From Prochlorococcus sp. AG-670-N10 (GTDB lineage: Bacteria > Cyanobacteriota > Cyanobacteriia > PCC-6307 > Cyanobiaceae): a DNA stretch of 64,000 nucleotides. This document shows, piece by piece, positions 38,790 to 48,687 of the stretch (positions are counted from its first letter, which is position 1; each line of letters begins with the position of its first letter). Below the pieces are notes generated by a model, which did not search any database, was not told the origin of the DNA, and saw only the letters and a list, made by a program, of their open reading frames with translations. The position numbers and the translations under genes are program-made. The stretch spans positions 1,328-65,327 of the forward strand of contig QCSX01000004.1 in NCBI GenBank assembly GCA_003209065.1. The letters are read 5' to 3'.

Positions 38790-39383
38790 TTGTCAAAGGA
38801 AAATCCCATAATATTAATTCATGGTCTCTGGAATACAGCAGATATCTTCTCTTCGATAACTTCAAAACTTGATGAAATTGGAATTGAATATTTTGCTCCA
38901 ACATTAAATCACGAATATGGAATGACATCTATTGTTGAATTAACTAATTTATTAAATCATTTAATTTTAGAAAAATATGGTTATAAAAAAAAGCTTGATA
39001 TTATAGGATTTTCGATGGGTGGAATAATTGGTAGATATTGGATTAAAAAATTGAATGGTTATAAAAGAACTCGAAGATTCATAACTATTGGATCGCCACA
39101 TAACGGAACTCTTGCATCCCAATTAATTCCTAAATATCCCTTTAAAGGAATATCTGAGATGAAAATAAATAGTCATTTATTAAGAGAACTTTCTAAATCC
39201 GATTATCTTCTTAGTGGAATCAATTGTATTAGTTTTTTTACTTATTGGGATCTTATGGTTTTCCCTGGATGGAGAGCTTGTTTGAATTCGGGTGAGAAAA
39301 TATCATTAAAGATCTATAAACATAAAAATTTGGTAAGAAATCCAGATGCTGTTAATAAAATTATCGACAGACTTCTTAATTAA
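38790..39383 (+). CDS. Alpha/beta-hydrolase, lipase/esterase family
   Basis: It has a TTG start, the oxyanion region ILIHGLW and the nucleophile elbow GFSMGG. Confidence 0.65.
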   Translation: MSKENPIILIHGLWNTADIFSSITSKLDEIGIEYFAPTLNHEYGMTSIVELTNLLNHLILEKYGYKKKLDIIGFSMGGIIGRYWIKKLNGYKRTRRFITIGSPHNGTLASQLIPKYPFKGISEMKINSHLLRELSKSDYLLSGINCISFFTYWDLMVFPGWRACLNSGEKISLKIYKHKNLVRNPDAVNKIIDRLLN

Positions 39384-41463
39384 CAGATGATAAACCTAAG
39401 TGCCTTATCAAAGAATCGGTTTTTGGTTCTCTCCCTCTAAATAATTTAAATACCTCTAAAGGAGAGAAACTTCCACCAAGACTTAAAATTGTATCTTTGA
39501 ATTTTTTACCTATGACTTTTATATTTTGATTATTTTCTAAATCAGCCTCTTCAAACATAGAAAAAGCATCGGCGCTTAAAACCTCTGCCCATTTATAAGA
39601 ATAATATCCAGCTGAATAGCCTCCTGCAAATATGTGGCTAAAGCAACAAAGGAACTTATCTTCTCTAATAGGTTCGATTACCGTTGTATTTCTCGCGATT
39701 TCTTTTCTTATCTCATCAGAATTTTTACCCTGATTACTATAAATATTGCTATGCAATCTTATATCTGTAATTGCAAAATGTAGTTGTCTTAGAGTAGCCA
39801 TCCCGCAATTAAAAGTTCTATTCTTTACTAATTTTTCGAAATTCTCATCAGATAATTTCTCTCCTGTTTTATAATGATTCGCAATATTTAATAAAGTATT
39901 TTTGTGAAAACACCAGTTTTCCATGAATTGACTTGGAAGTTCAACGGCATCCCATTCTACATTGTTAATACCGGCTGCCTGTGGAAGATTTACTGTGGTA
40001 AGCATATGTTGAAGACCATGACCAAATTCATGGAACAAGGTTTGAACTTCATCAAAACTCATTAAACTTGGTTTATCTTTGGATGGCGGAGTTTGATTAC
40101 AAACTAAATAAGCAACAGGTAATGTATTTCTACCTATATTATTTTTGTTAAGACATTCGTCCATCCAGGCACCTCCCCTCTTTGACTCGGGACGAGAGTA
40201 GGGGTCTAGATAAAATGAAGCTATTTTTTCATCATCTTTATTTAGGATATTAAAAAACAAAACGTCGTCATTCCATATAGGAGCTTCATTTATAGCTTCA
40301 ATTACTTTAATGTCGAAGAGCTTTTCACTAAGTTTAAAAAGACCTTTTAAAACATCATTCAGAGGGAACCAGGGTCTAAGTGATTCTTGATCTAAATTAA
40401 GTTTTTCCTTCCTGAGAAGCTCCGACCAATAGCTAATGTCCCATGATTGAAGATTTTCAGAGTTAGGGAATCCATTATCTTTTGAAAACTTATTAAGTCT
40501 AACTAATTCATTTTTGGCTGTTTTAAAGGCAGGCTTTCTAATCTCCTCTAAAAGTTTTTCAACATTATTAATTTCCTTAGCCATTTTTGTTGAAAGACTT
40601 AATTCTGCCCAGCTTTCATAACCAAGAAGTTTAGCCTGTTTAGTCCTAAGAGATAGAATTTCTTCAATTATTTGAGAGTTATTTTTTTCTCCATAAGAGG
40701 CTCTGCTTACAAAAGCTTTATATAATTTTTCCCTGAGATTACGGTCATTGGCATATGTCATAAACGCGGTATAAGTCGGAATATCTAAACTTAATTTCCA
40801 TGGCCCATTTTTTGCATCAGCTTCTCCTTCTTTTTTTAAGTATTTGTTAGCTGATATTGACATTAATTCTAAAACCCTTTCTGGAACCCCATCTATTTGA
40901 GATTTATCATTTAGAATTAATGACCAAGAATTAGTGGCATCTAAGACATTATTACTGAAATTTGTAGATAGTTTTCCAAGCTTTTCAGAAATAACATTGA
41001 ATTCTTTCTGGCTATCTGTATCTAATGAAATACCTCTATGTTCCATTTCGAGAATTTCTTTATCTAGAATTCTATTTTTAATTTCATCAAAATTATTTGT
41101 TTCTTTAAGCTTTACAAGAGCATTATAAATAATTTTACTTTGTCCAAACTTATTACTTAAATTAATAATTTCAGGTAGAAACTTTGAGTAAATTTTTCTT
41201 AAGCTTTCAGAATTTTTTACTCCATTAAGATGACTTATAACTCCCCAACTCCACCTTAGAATCTCATTAACATCATTTAAAGGATTGATTACTTTGTCCC
41301 ATTCTAAATTTTCTTTTTCTAAGTAATTAGATAAAAACTTTTCAATTTTTTTGAAATCTAGATTTATCTTTTCTATTACGCTTGGAAATTCTTGATTAAT
41401 TCTATCGGAAGAAAATTTGTTAAATTCTGGTAATTCACCGTAATTAAAAATTGAATTTTCCAT
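39376..41463 (-). CDS. prlC: Oligopeptidase A (M3 family zinc metallopeptidase)
   Basis: It has the zinc motif HEFGHGLQH. I place the start at Met-15 of the track ORF (MENSIFNYGELPEF). That start aligns with the E. coli PrlC N-terminus and removes the overlap with ndhD. Confidence 0.88.
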   Translation of the reverse strand: MENSIFNYGELPEFNKFSSDRINQEFPSVIEKINLDFKKIEKFLSNYLEKENLEWDKVINPLNDVNEILRWSWGVISHLNGVKNSESLRKIYSKFLPEIINLSNKFGQSKIIYNALVKLKETNNFDEIKNRILDKEILEMEHRGISLDTDSQKEFNVISEKLGKLSTNFSNNVLDATNSWSLILNDKSQIDGVPERVLELMSISANKYLKKEGEADAKNGPWKLSLDIPTYTAFMTYANDRNLREKLYKAFVSRASYGEKNNSQIIEEILSLRTKQAKLLGYESWAELSLSTKMAKEINNVEKLLEEIRKPAFKTAKNELVRLNKFSKDNGFPNSENLQSWDISYWSELLRKEKLNLDQESLRPWFPLNDVLKGLFKLSEKLFDIKVIEAINEAPIWNDDVLFFNILNKDDEKIASFYLDPYSRPESKRGGAWMDECLNKNNIGRNTLPVAYLVCNQTPPSKDKPSLMSFDEVQTLFHEFGHGLQHMLTTVNLPQAAGINNVEWDAVELPSQFMENWCFHKNTLLNIANHYKTGEKLSDENFEKLVKNRTFNCGMATLRQLHFAITDIRLHSNIYSNQGKNSDEIRKEIARNTTVIEPIREDKFLCCFSHIFAGGYSAGYYSYKWAEVLSADAFSMFEEADLENNQNIKVIGKKFKDTILSLGGSFSPLEVFKLFRGREPKTDSLIRHLGLSSVN

Positions 41464-41467
41464 TTTA

Positions 41468-43018
41468 TCAAAGATTAAATTGACTAATGTTTGAGATGAA
41501 CCCAATTAATTTAGCTAAAGTTAGTTGTTGACTGAGAGCGTTTGTTGAAGATTCATATAAATTTATAGCAATTTTTGGCCAAAAACCTATTACTAAAGTA
41601 GGCAATAATAAACTGAACCCGATTGTCAATTCTCTACCATTCATTTCTTTTACTGTAGCTAGTGCAGGAATTCTAGGTCCGAAAAATACTCTTCTACACA
41701 TCGAAAGAAGATATATGGGCGTTAGGACAAGACCAATTGCTGCAATAAGAATTGTGATTGATCTAAAAAGAGAGCTAAACCCCTCTTGACTTGTGATCCC
41801 CAAGAATACGGTGATTTCGCTTATAAATCCACTCATTCCTGGTAAGGCCAGGGAAGCTAGTGAGCTCGCCAAGAAAAAAGCAAATGTTATTGGTAAGACC
41901 TTTGCTAAACCACCCATGTTTGGAATTGAAAGAGTATTTGTTCTCTCATAGAAGGAGCCCGTGACGAAGAACATAGCTGCTGCTATAAGTCCGTGACTTA
42001 TCATTTGAAGCATTGCTCCGCTTATACCTAAAGCATCAACAGCTCCAATGCCGAGAAGAACAAAACCCATATGACTTACTGAACTACATGCGATTCTTCT
42101 TTTTACGTTATCTTGTGCAAATGCATTTAAAGCTCCATAGATTATATTTATAATTCCAAGAATAATTAAAGCAGGCGCAAGTTGTAGATGCACTTCGGGT
42201 AATATTTGAACGTTGAATCTTAAGAGAGCATATCCCCCCATCTTTAAAAGGATTCCCGCTAGTAACATCGATACTGGAGCATTAGCTTCCCCATGAGCAT
42301 CAGGTAACCAAGTATGCAATGGGAAGATAGGAAGTTTAACTCCAAAACCTATTAAAAATCCTAGATAAGATAATAATGCGAGACTACCTGTTACATGTTT
42401 AGTTGTTAATTCGGTAAGGTTTAGGGTAAATGTATCGCCACTCAATGCAAGTGCGAGCCCACTTATAAGTATTAGTAAAGACGCTAAGGCAGTATATAGA
42501 ATAAATTTTGTAGCTGCATATAATTTCTTCTTGCCTCCCCAAATCGCAATAAGTAAATAAACAGGAACCAATTCTAATTCCCATGCTAAGAAAAATAATA
42601 AGAAATCTTGAGAAAGGAAAACTAGTGCTTGAGCTGAGGCCTGAACTAATAAAAGAGCAAAGTATAAATTAGATTTTTTCTTTATCTTCCAACTGGCTGC
42701 AGCGGATAAAAATGTAATTAATCCACTCAAAGCTACTAATGGTGCAGATAATCCATCTACCCCTAGAGACCATTCTAAGCCTATTGAGGGTAGCCAAGTT
42801 AATCTTTCAACAAGCTGTAGTGAGCTATTTGTTGTATCAAATTTTTGGAAAAGTACTCCAATTATGAGTAAAAAATCTATAAATAAAAAACCTAATGAGA
42901 TATTTCTTGGAAGTGTATTATCTTCTCCTTCCTTAGAACTTAAGAAAGGCATTATCAATGCTCCAATTAAGGGTAATAAAACAATAGATGATAGTAAAGG
43001 AAAAGATTCTAAATTCAT
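41468..43018 (-). CDS. ndhD: NAD(P)H-quinone oxidoreductase chain 4 (NDH-1 NdhD)
   Basis: The 516-aa polytopic antiporter-like subunit has an NdhD-type N-terminus ([20 protein letters not shown]) and the motif [11 protein letters not shown]. Confidence 0.88.
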   Translation of the reverse strand: MNLESFPLLSSIVLLPLIGALIMPFLSSKEGEDNTLPRNISLGFLFIDFLLIIGVLFQKFDTTNSSLQLVERLTWLPSIGLEWSLGVDGLSAPLVALSGLITFLSAAASWKIKKKSNLYFALLLVQASAQALVFLSQDFLLFFLAWELELVPVYLLIAIWGGKKKLYAATKFILYTALASLLILISGLALALSGDTFTLNLTELTTKHVTGSLALLSYLGFLIGFGVKLPIFPLHTWLPDAHGEANAPVSMLLAGILLKMGGYALLRFNVQILPEVHLQLAPALIILGIINIIYGALNAFAQDNVKRRIACSSVSHMGFVLLGIGAVDALGISGAMLQMISHGLIAAAMFFVTGSFYERTNTLSIPNMGGLAKVLPITFAFFLASSLASLALPGMSGFISEITVFLGITSQEGFSSLFRSITILIAAIGLVLTPIYLLSMCRRVFFGPRIPALATVKEMNGRELTIGFSLLLPTLVIGFWPKIAINLYESSTNALSQQLTLAKLIGFISNISQFNL

Positions 43019-43096
43019 ATAATAATGAATAGTTTTTTTATTCTAGTTGAAGTTGTTCTAGCTTGAGACTATAACATTAAAAATGCCTAAGTAAAA

Positions 43097-44044
43097 CTAC
43101 TTACCTGAGATATCCCTAAATTGACTACCTGATGTTTGAACGTTCAAATATGGCGCTCTACTTGCCACGCCTGAGTTTTCCCAAGCTTTTACCATGGCTT
43201 GACTGACTTCTCTACCATTATCTTTTTTACACAAAGCTAAGATACTTGGCCCTGCTCCACTAATGGCACAACCTAAAGCACCAGCCTTTAATGCGGCTTC
43301 TTTAACTTCCAATCCACCTTTAATAAGCTTCCATCTGTATGGTTCATGTAATCTGTCAAACATTCCCTCTTTTATTAATTCATCATTACCAGTTTTTAAG
43401 CCATTTAGTAATAAGGTAAGTGCCCCCATATTTGTTACTGCATCAGAAATAGGTACATTCTTCGGCATTACTCTCCTTGCTTCACTGGTACTTAGACGTA
43501 TAGCAGGTATTGCAACTACAGCTTTAATGGATTCGTGCCAGTCACATCTAATAATTCTCCATCTCTGAGAAGATGACCTAGCAGTTAAACAAAGACCCCC
43601 CAAAAGAGAAGGAACTACGTTATCGGGATGACCTTCAATATCAATTGCAAGTTCTAAAAGCTTTTCCTTAGGTAAAGGTGAGTTCATTATCGCATTTGCT
43701 CCGATTAGTCCTGCGACTATTGCTGTAGCACTACTCCCTAGTCCGCGAGCAGGGGGGACTGCTAATTTTACCCTAGCTTCAAGTGCAAAAGGTTTGATAT
43801 TGGCACTTTCCCATACTTTCTGCGCAGCCCTAAAAACTAAATTTTCTGGGCCTCCTCTTAAGTGATTACCATCGGTACTCTCCATTATCAAATCAAATCG
43901 ATCTCCGCCTCCATCTATTCTTGTAAAAACAAATTCGTTATATAGATCTACTGCTGCACCAAGACAGTCGAATCCTGGGCCAAGATTAGCGGTTGTAGAA
44001 GGAACTGTTACTATTATTTTTTTTCCTACTTCTGGTGAAGACAT
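43097..44044 (-). CDS. thrB: Homoserine kinase
   Basis: It carries the GHMP kinase motifs PSTTANLGPGFDCLG and PPARGLGSSATAIVAG. Confidence 0.92.
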   Translation of the reverse strand: MSSPEVGKKIIVTVPSTTANLGPGFDCLGAAVDLYNEFVFTRIDGGGDRFDLIMESTDGNHLRGGPENLVFRAAQKVWESANIKPFALEARVKLAVPPARGLGSSATAIVAGLIGANAIMNSPLPKEKLLELAIDIEGHPDNVVPSLLGGLCLTARSSSQRWRIIRCDWHESIKAVVAIPAIRLSTSEARRVMPKNVPISDAVTNMGALTLLLNGLKTGNDELIKEGMFDRLHEPYRWKLIKGGLEVKEAALKAGALGCAISGAGPSILALCKKDNGREVSQAMVKAWENSGVASRAPYLNVQTSGSQFRDISGK

Positions 44045-44051
44045 ATGAAAA

Positions 44052-45095
44052 CTATTCTATTTGTGAAAGGATTTTTGCTCTGCAGGCTGCGCTAAATAGT
44101 CCAAACTCTTCATCTAAGATTACATTCACAGGTATATTTTTAAGAATATCTTTTAATCTTCCTTTATCTGAAAATTGTTTCATAAATAAACCTGATTTAA
44201 AGTTTATGAAATGTTTTGGAGCGGTCCCTCCAGAAATCCATAAGCCTCCAAAACATAATTCTTGAAGAGCAACGTCTCCCAATAAAGAGGCGTAAGCATC
44301 TAACCATATCCTCTCCACTTGAATCATTAGGACATCCCCCTGATTAGAAAGATTACAAATTTTTTGAGGTATTTCTTTTCTCAATTTATCTGAAATTTTC
44401 AATTCTTTTAGGTATTTTTGTAAAGGATGGTTTTTGGCATCAGGTTTGCTAAGTCTCCATTCGGCTATTCTTGATAACCCAGTACCACTAATAATTCTTT
44501 CACAAGATATCCTTTCAATTTTTAAGGAATATTTGAGCCAATTTTTTAATTCCCATTCTAATTCTGACTTCGGAGAGTATTCAACATGACCACCTTCACT
44601 AGCCAAGGCTTTTACTTTACTTCCAGATATTATGCCTTTTGCAATGCCAAGACCAGTCCCCGCTCCAACAATGGCATGCAAATCTTTATTGACGCCTGCT
44701 GACTGGTCTCCATTTTGAATAGTAGAATATTGACTTTTATTTAAAAAAGGTAATCCATAAATTTGCACTGCAAAATCATTTACTAGCTCGCAACTTATAA
44801 ATTTAAATTTCTTTTTTAATCTATCGCCAGAAATATTCCATGACAAATTAATAATTTCTGCATTGTTATTGGATATAGGACCTGCTACAGCGAAACAAGC
44901 AGATAAAGGATGATTAATATTTTTGCATTGATTTTTTAAGAAATCTTCTAAAATTAAATCAATGGAATTCCATTCAGAGGATACATATTTTTTTTTAAAA
45001 ATTAAATTTGGAAAATCAGCATTAACTTCCTTTTTGAAAATTCCTAAAAGAACTTTTGTACCTCCTAGATCACAAGCAAGAAAATTCATCTGCAA
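44052..45095 (-). CDS. glk: Glucokinase
   Basis: It has the N-terminal ATP-binding motif LACDLGGTK, with VGAGTGLG and EGGH motifs further on. Confidence 0.88.
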   Translation of the reverse strand: MQMNFLACDLGGTKVLLGIFKKEVNADFPNLIFKKKYVSSEWNSIDLILEDFLKNQCKNINHPLSACFAVAGPISNNNAEIINLSWNISGDRLKKKFKFISCELVNDFAVQIYGLPFLNKSQYSTIQNGDQSAGVNKDLHAIVGAGTGLGIAKGIISGSKVKALASEGGHVEYSPKSELEWELKNWLKYSLKIERISCERIISGTGLSRIAEWRLSKPDAKNHPLQKYLKELKISDKLRKEIPQKICNLSNQGDVLMIQVERIWLDAYASLLGDVALQELCFGGLWISGGTAPKHFINFKSGLFMKQFSDKGRLKDILKNIPVNVILDEEFGLFSAACRAKILSQIE

Positions 45096-45098
45096 AAA

Positions 45099-47015
45099 TT
45101 ATTCTGTTCTTCCTTTTTTTTCTATTAAATTATTCATTAGTTTATAGAGATCATCTAACTTAAAAATTCCTAAATTTTTTCCATCTAAGGCTCTTAAAGC
45201 AACTGAATCAACTTGTTCTTCTTTATCGCCAATAACTGCAATTAAAGGAATTCTTCCAATAGTTGCTTCTCTTATCTTATAGCCTATTTTTTCATTTCTA
45301 ATATCAACTTTCGAACGATATCCTTTAGTATTTATTAATTGATTAAATTTCAAACATTTCTCAATATTCCTATCCGTAATGCTCAACAAAATTATTTGAT
45401 AAGGTGCAAGCCAGATTGGGAATTTGGCTTCATATTGTTCTATTAAGATTCCTATAAATCTTTCAAAAGATCCCAAAATTGCCCTGTGTAGCATTACTGG
45501 ATTTCTTTTTTCGTTATTTAAATCTACATAAGTTGCATCCAATCTTATAGGCATTGAGAAATCAACTTGAATTGTTCCACATTGCCAAACTCTATCAAGA
45601 CAATCTTTTAAAGAGAATTCTATTTTTGGACCATAAAAAGCCCCTTCTCCAGGCTGTAATTCCCATTTAAGACTTTTATTATCAAGAGCCTTCATAAGTG
45701 CCTCTTCTGATTTATCCCAAATATTTTCACTACCCACCCTTTTCTCAGGACGGGTTGATAATTTGATAATAATTTCATCAAAACCAAAAGTTTTATAAAC
45801 CTCGAAAACAAGATCAATGAAAGTAGACACTTCAGCTTGTATTTGTTCTTCAGTACAGAAAATGTGTGCGTCGTCCTGAGTAAAATTTCTAACTCTCATT
45901 AAACCGTGCAATGCGCCAGAGGGTTCATTTCTATGACAAGAACCAAATTCAGCAAGGCGAATAGGTAAATCTTTATAACTTTTTAAACCTTGATTAAATA
46001 CTTGAATATGGCATGGACAATTCATTGGTTTTATTGCATAAGTTCTATTTTCTGATGCCGTAGTGAACATATCTTCTCTGAATTTATCCCAATGACCTGA
46101 TTTTTCCCAAAGAGATTTATCAACAGCTTGAGGGGTTTTAATTTCTAGATAATCATTTTTATTAAGTATTTCTCTTACATATTTTTCAAGAACTTGGTAG
46201 ATTGTCCATCCATTTGGATGCCAAAAAATCATACCTGGAGATTCTTCTTGTATGTGAAAGAGTGAATGCTTTTTTCCAAGTTTTCTATGATCTCTTTTTT
46301 CGGCCTCTTCGATTCTTGTTAAGTAATCATTGAGTTCTTTCTCTTTAGCCCAAGCAGTTCCATATATTCTCTGTAATGATTCATTTTCACTATTACCTCT
46401 CCAATAAGAACCAGATAACTTTAATAATTTAAAATGTCTAAGGTGACATGTATTTGGAACATGAGGACCTCTGCACATATCAATATATTCTTCGTGTTTA
46501 TATAAATTGATTAGACCTTCATCAGGAATCTCTTCAATTATTCTTAATTTAAAAGTTTCATCTCTCTCTTGAAAAGTTTTAATTGCTTCTTTTTTGGTAA
46601 CTTGTAAAATCTCAACATCATAATTTTTTTTAATTAAGTTATTAATTCTGTTCTCTATTTTTATTAAATCCTCAGGCGTAAATCTATATTCAGAAAAAAT
46701 ATCATAATAAAAACCATTATCAATTACTGGACCAATTGCCATTTTTATTTTTGGATAAAGTTGTTTAACGGCATGACCAATCAAATGAGCAAAAGAATGT
46801 CTAATTATCTCAATACCTTCTTTATCACGAGATGTAATTATTACCACTTTAGAATCATTATCTATAGGAAGTGTTGCATCAAAAAGAACATCATTTACTT
46901 TTCCCGCAATTGTTGCTTTGGCTAAGCCGGTTCCAATACTCTGAGCTATTTCTTTAATCGTTACCGGCTTTTCAAACACTTTTTTTGATCCATCTGGCAA
47001 TGTTATTTCTGGCAT
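45099..47015 (-). CDS. thrS: Threonyl-tRNA synthetase
   Basis: The 638-aa protein has an N-terminal TGS domain, an HxxxH editing-type motif ([10 protein letters not shown]) and class II motifs ([15 protein letters not shown]). Confidence 0.93.
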   Translation of the reverse strand: MPEITLPDGSKKVFEKPVTIKEIAQSIGTGLAKATIAGKVNDVLFDATLPIDNDSKVVIITSRDKEGIEIIRHSFAHLIGHAVKQLYPKIKMAIGPVIDNGFYYDIFSEYRFTPEDLIKIENRINNLIKKNYDVEILQVTKKEAIKTFQERDETFKLRIIEEIPDEGLINLYKHEEYIDMCRGPHVPNTCHLRHFKLLKLSGSYWRGNSENESLQRIYGTAWAKEKELNDYLTRIEEAEKRDHRKLGKKHSLFHIQEESPGMIFWHPNGWTIYQVLEKYVREILNKNDYLEIKTPQAVDKSLWEKSGHWDKFREDMFTTASENRTYAIKPMNCPCHIQVFNQGLKSYKDLPIRLAEFGSCHRNEPSGALHGLMRVRNFTQDDAHIFCTEEQIQAEVSTFIDLVFEVYKTFGFDEIIIKLSTRPEKRVGSENIWDKSEEALMKALDNKSLKWELQPGEGAFYGPKIEFSLKDCLDRVWQCGTIQVDFSMPIRLDATYVDLNNEKRNPVMLHRAILGSFERFIGILIEQYEAKFPIWLAPYQIILLSITDRNIEKCLKFNQLINTKGYRSKVDIRNEKIGYKIREATIGRIPLIAVIGDKEEQVDSVALRALDGKNLGIFKLDDLYKLMNNLIEKKGRTE

Positions 47016-47018
47016 GAT

Positions 47019-48035
47019 TTATTTCCCTATTTCAAAGAATCCTAATTCAGATTTAACTCTACTAAGGGTTTTATTTGCGACTGCTTCAGCTTTCTCTTTA
47101 CCTTGGATAAGTATCTTATTTAACTCATATGGATCGTTAATCAGAACCCGATATTTTTCTTGAATAGGTTTAAGCGATTCTATTATTTGTTCTGTAAATA
47201 TTTTTTTAAATGTCCCCCATCCTGTTTGAGATAAATCGTTCTCTAATTCAGAAACTTCTTTACCACTTAATAATGAATAAATCATTAAAAGATTTCTGGA
47301 TTCAGGCCTCTTGGGATTGTTAAATTCCATACCCATAGAACTATCACTTTTAGCTCTTTTTATTTTTTTTGTAATTATTTCAGGAGTATCTAACAAATTA
47401 ATTCTACTACCCTCGTTAATGTCACTTTTGCTCATTTTTTTTGATCCATCATTTAAGCTCATTATCTTTGAACCTTTTTTCATAATTATTGGTTGAGGAA
47501 TTTTCAATATGTTTTCTTTCTTACTAAATTTGGCATTAATTCTCTGTTGTGCAATATCTCTGGCAAGTTCTAAGTGTTGTTTTTGATCTTCCCCTACTGG
47601 AACATAATCAGCATCGTATAACAAAATATCCGCAGCCATTAAGATTGGATAATCAAATAATCCAATAGAAACATTATTTCCTTGCTGAACAGATTTTTCC
47701 TTAAATTGGATCATTCTTTCCATCCAATTTATGGGAGTCATGCAATTTAATATCCAACAAAGTTCTGAATGTGCAGATATATGGCTTTGAACAAAAATAG
47801 AACAAATCTTAGGATCTATACCACAAGCAACATATAAGGCTGCAGTGGAAAGTGTATTTTTAGAAAGTTGTTTGGGGTCATATTCTGTAGTAATTGCATG
47901 TAAATCAACTACACAAAGGAATGTTTCATGCTTCTCTTGGAGTGAAACCCAATTGCTTATTGCTCCAAGCCAGTTACCAATATGTAAATCTCCTGTAGGT
48001 TGAACACCAGAAAGGATCCTTTTTTTATTTGTCAT
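47019..48035 (-). CDS. trpS: Tryptophanyl-tRNA synthetase
   Basis: It has HIGH-type HIGNWLG and KMSKS (KKMSKSD) motifs. I place the start at MTNKKRILSGVQPTG (ATG at 48033-48035). The upstream K/S-rich extension in the track ORF is the KEEI repeat read out of frame. Confidence 0.9.
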   Translation of the reverse strand: MTNKKRILSGVQPTGDLHIGNWLGAISNWVSLQEKHETFLCVVDLHAITTEYDPKQLSKNTLSTAALYVACGIDPKICSIFVQSHISAHSELCWILNCMTPINWMERMIQFKEKSVQQGNNVSIGLFDYPILMAADILLYDADYVPVGEDQKQHLELARDIAQQRINAKFSKKENILKIPQPIIMKKGSKIMSLNDGSKKMSKSDINEGSRINLLDTPEIITKKIKRAKSDSSMGMEFNNPKRPESRNLLMIYSLLSGKEVSELENDLSQTGWGTFKKIFTEQIIESLKPIQEKYRVLINDPYELNKILIQGKEKAEAVANKTLSRVKSELGFFEIGK

Positions 48036-48516
48036 CCACTTCTTCTTGTTCTTTTTTGATTTCTTCTTTGATTTCTTCTTTGATTTCTTCTTTGATTTCT
48101 TCTTTAATTTCTTCTTTATTAGTTTGAGCCTGTTCACTAGGTGTATTTTTAACTGGCCTTGCAAAAGGATCAGGAACTACTTTTTTACTTCTGTTTTCAG
48201 AAGCTGTCGCCTTACTCGGTGATGATGTGTTTTTGTTATTTTTTGCAAATTTTGTTATCGATTCCATTAAATCTTTATCTTCAATCATTTCGCTAAGTGT
48301 TCTAACTGAAAATCCTAAAACTGCGACCGTAGATTTAAGTTGAAAAGCTTCCTGTATTGATCTAACAGCTTTCATTTCATTATCACTTAATCTTATTCGA
48401 AATCCTCCTCCGTCTCTATTTCCTCCAGATCTGTTCCTAAAGCTAGATCTATCATTATTACCACGGCTTCTGTAGTTCTCTTGACCATAATTATTGTCGT
48501 AATTGGAATTTGACAT
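48025..48516 (-). CDS. Conserved hypothetical protein: RGG/N-rich N-terminus, ribbon-helix-helix-like core, (KEEI)n acidic-basic tail
   Basis: This is an intact 163-aa ORF. Its stop overlaps the trpS start region by 11 nt. The core FRIRLSDNEMKAVRSIQEAFQLKSTVAVLGFSVRTLSEMIE fits a beta-helix-helix pattern. Confidence 0.55.
   Translation of the reverse strand: MSNSNYDNNYGQENYRSRGNNDRSSFRNRSGGNRDGGGFRIRLSDNEMKAVRSIQEAFQLKSTVAVLGFSVRTLSEMIEDKDLMESITKFAKNNKNTSSPSKATASENRSKKVVPDPFARPVKNTPSEQAQTNKEEIKEEIKEEIKEEIKEEIKKEQEEVDDK
48055..48114 (-). repeat. Tandem 12-bp repeat, 5 units (4 perfect tttgatttcttc plus 1 tttaatttcttc on the plus strand)
   Basis: I counted the units directly. On the minus strand they encode (KEEI)5 in the 163-aa ORF frame. 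Confidence 0.9.
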
Positions 48517-48687
48517 CTTAGAGATTCTTTTTTTTATTTAAACAGTCTATTAACTTACCACCTAGTTATGCAAGAAGTCTTAAATTGAACTTTAAAAATT
48601 TTTATCCATAATTGAAGAGTTATGTAATCTTTCTTTTTTTCATTCACAACTTGCACTAAAGTAGAAGAACAAGGATATTAAAGTATT

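Noticed and set aside
41464-41505. The track ORF gives prlC a 14-codon extension overlapping the ndhD 3' end.
   Set aside because: Alignment to the known oligopeptidase A N-terminus supports the Met at 41463, and that start removes a 38-nt overlap.
43263-43568. A 101-aa plus-strand ORF lies inside thrB.
   Set aside because: It is antisense to a conserved GHMP kinase gene. The higher GC of that gene simply keeps the opposite frame open.
48036-48164. The track ORF gives trpS a 43-codon K/S-rich N-terminal extension.
   Set aside because: The extension is the KEEI 12-bp repeat read in another frame. TrpRS homology begins at MTNKKRILSGVQPTG, and the region is already occupied by the 163-aa ORF.
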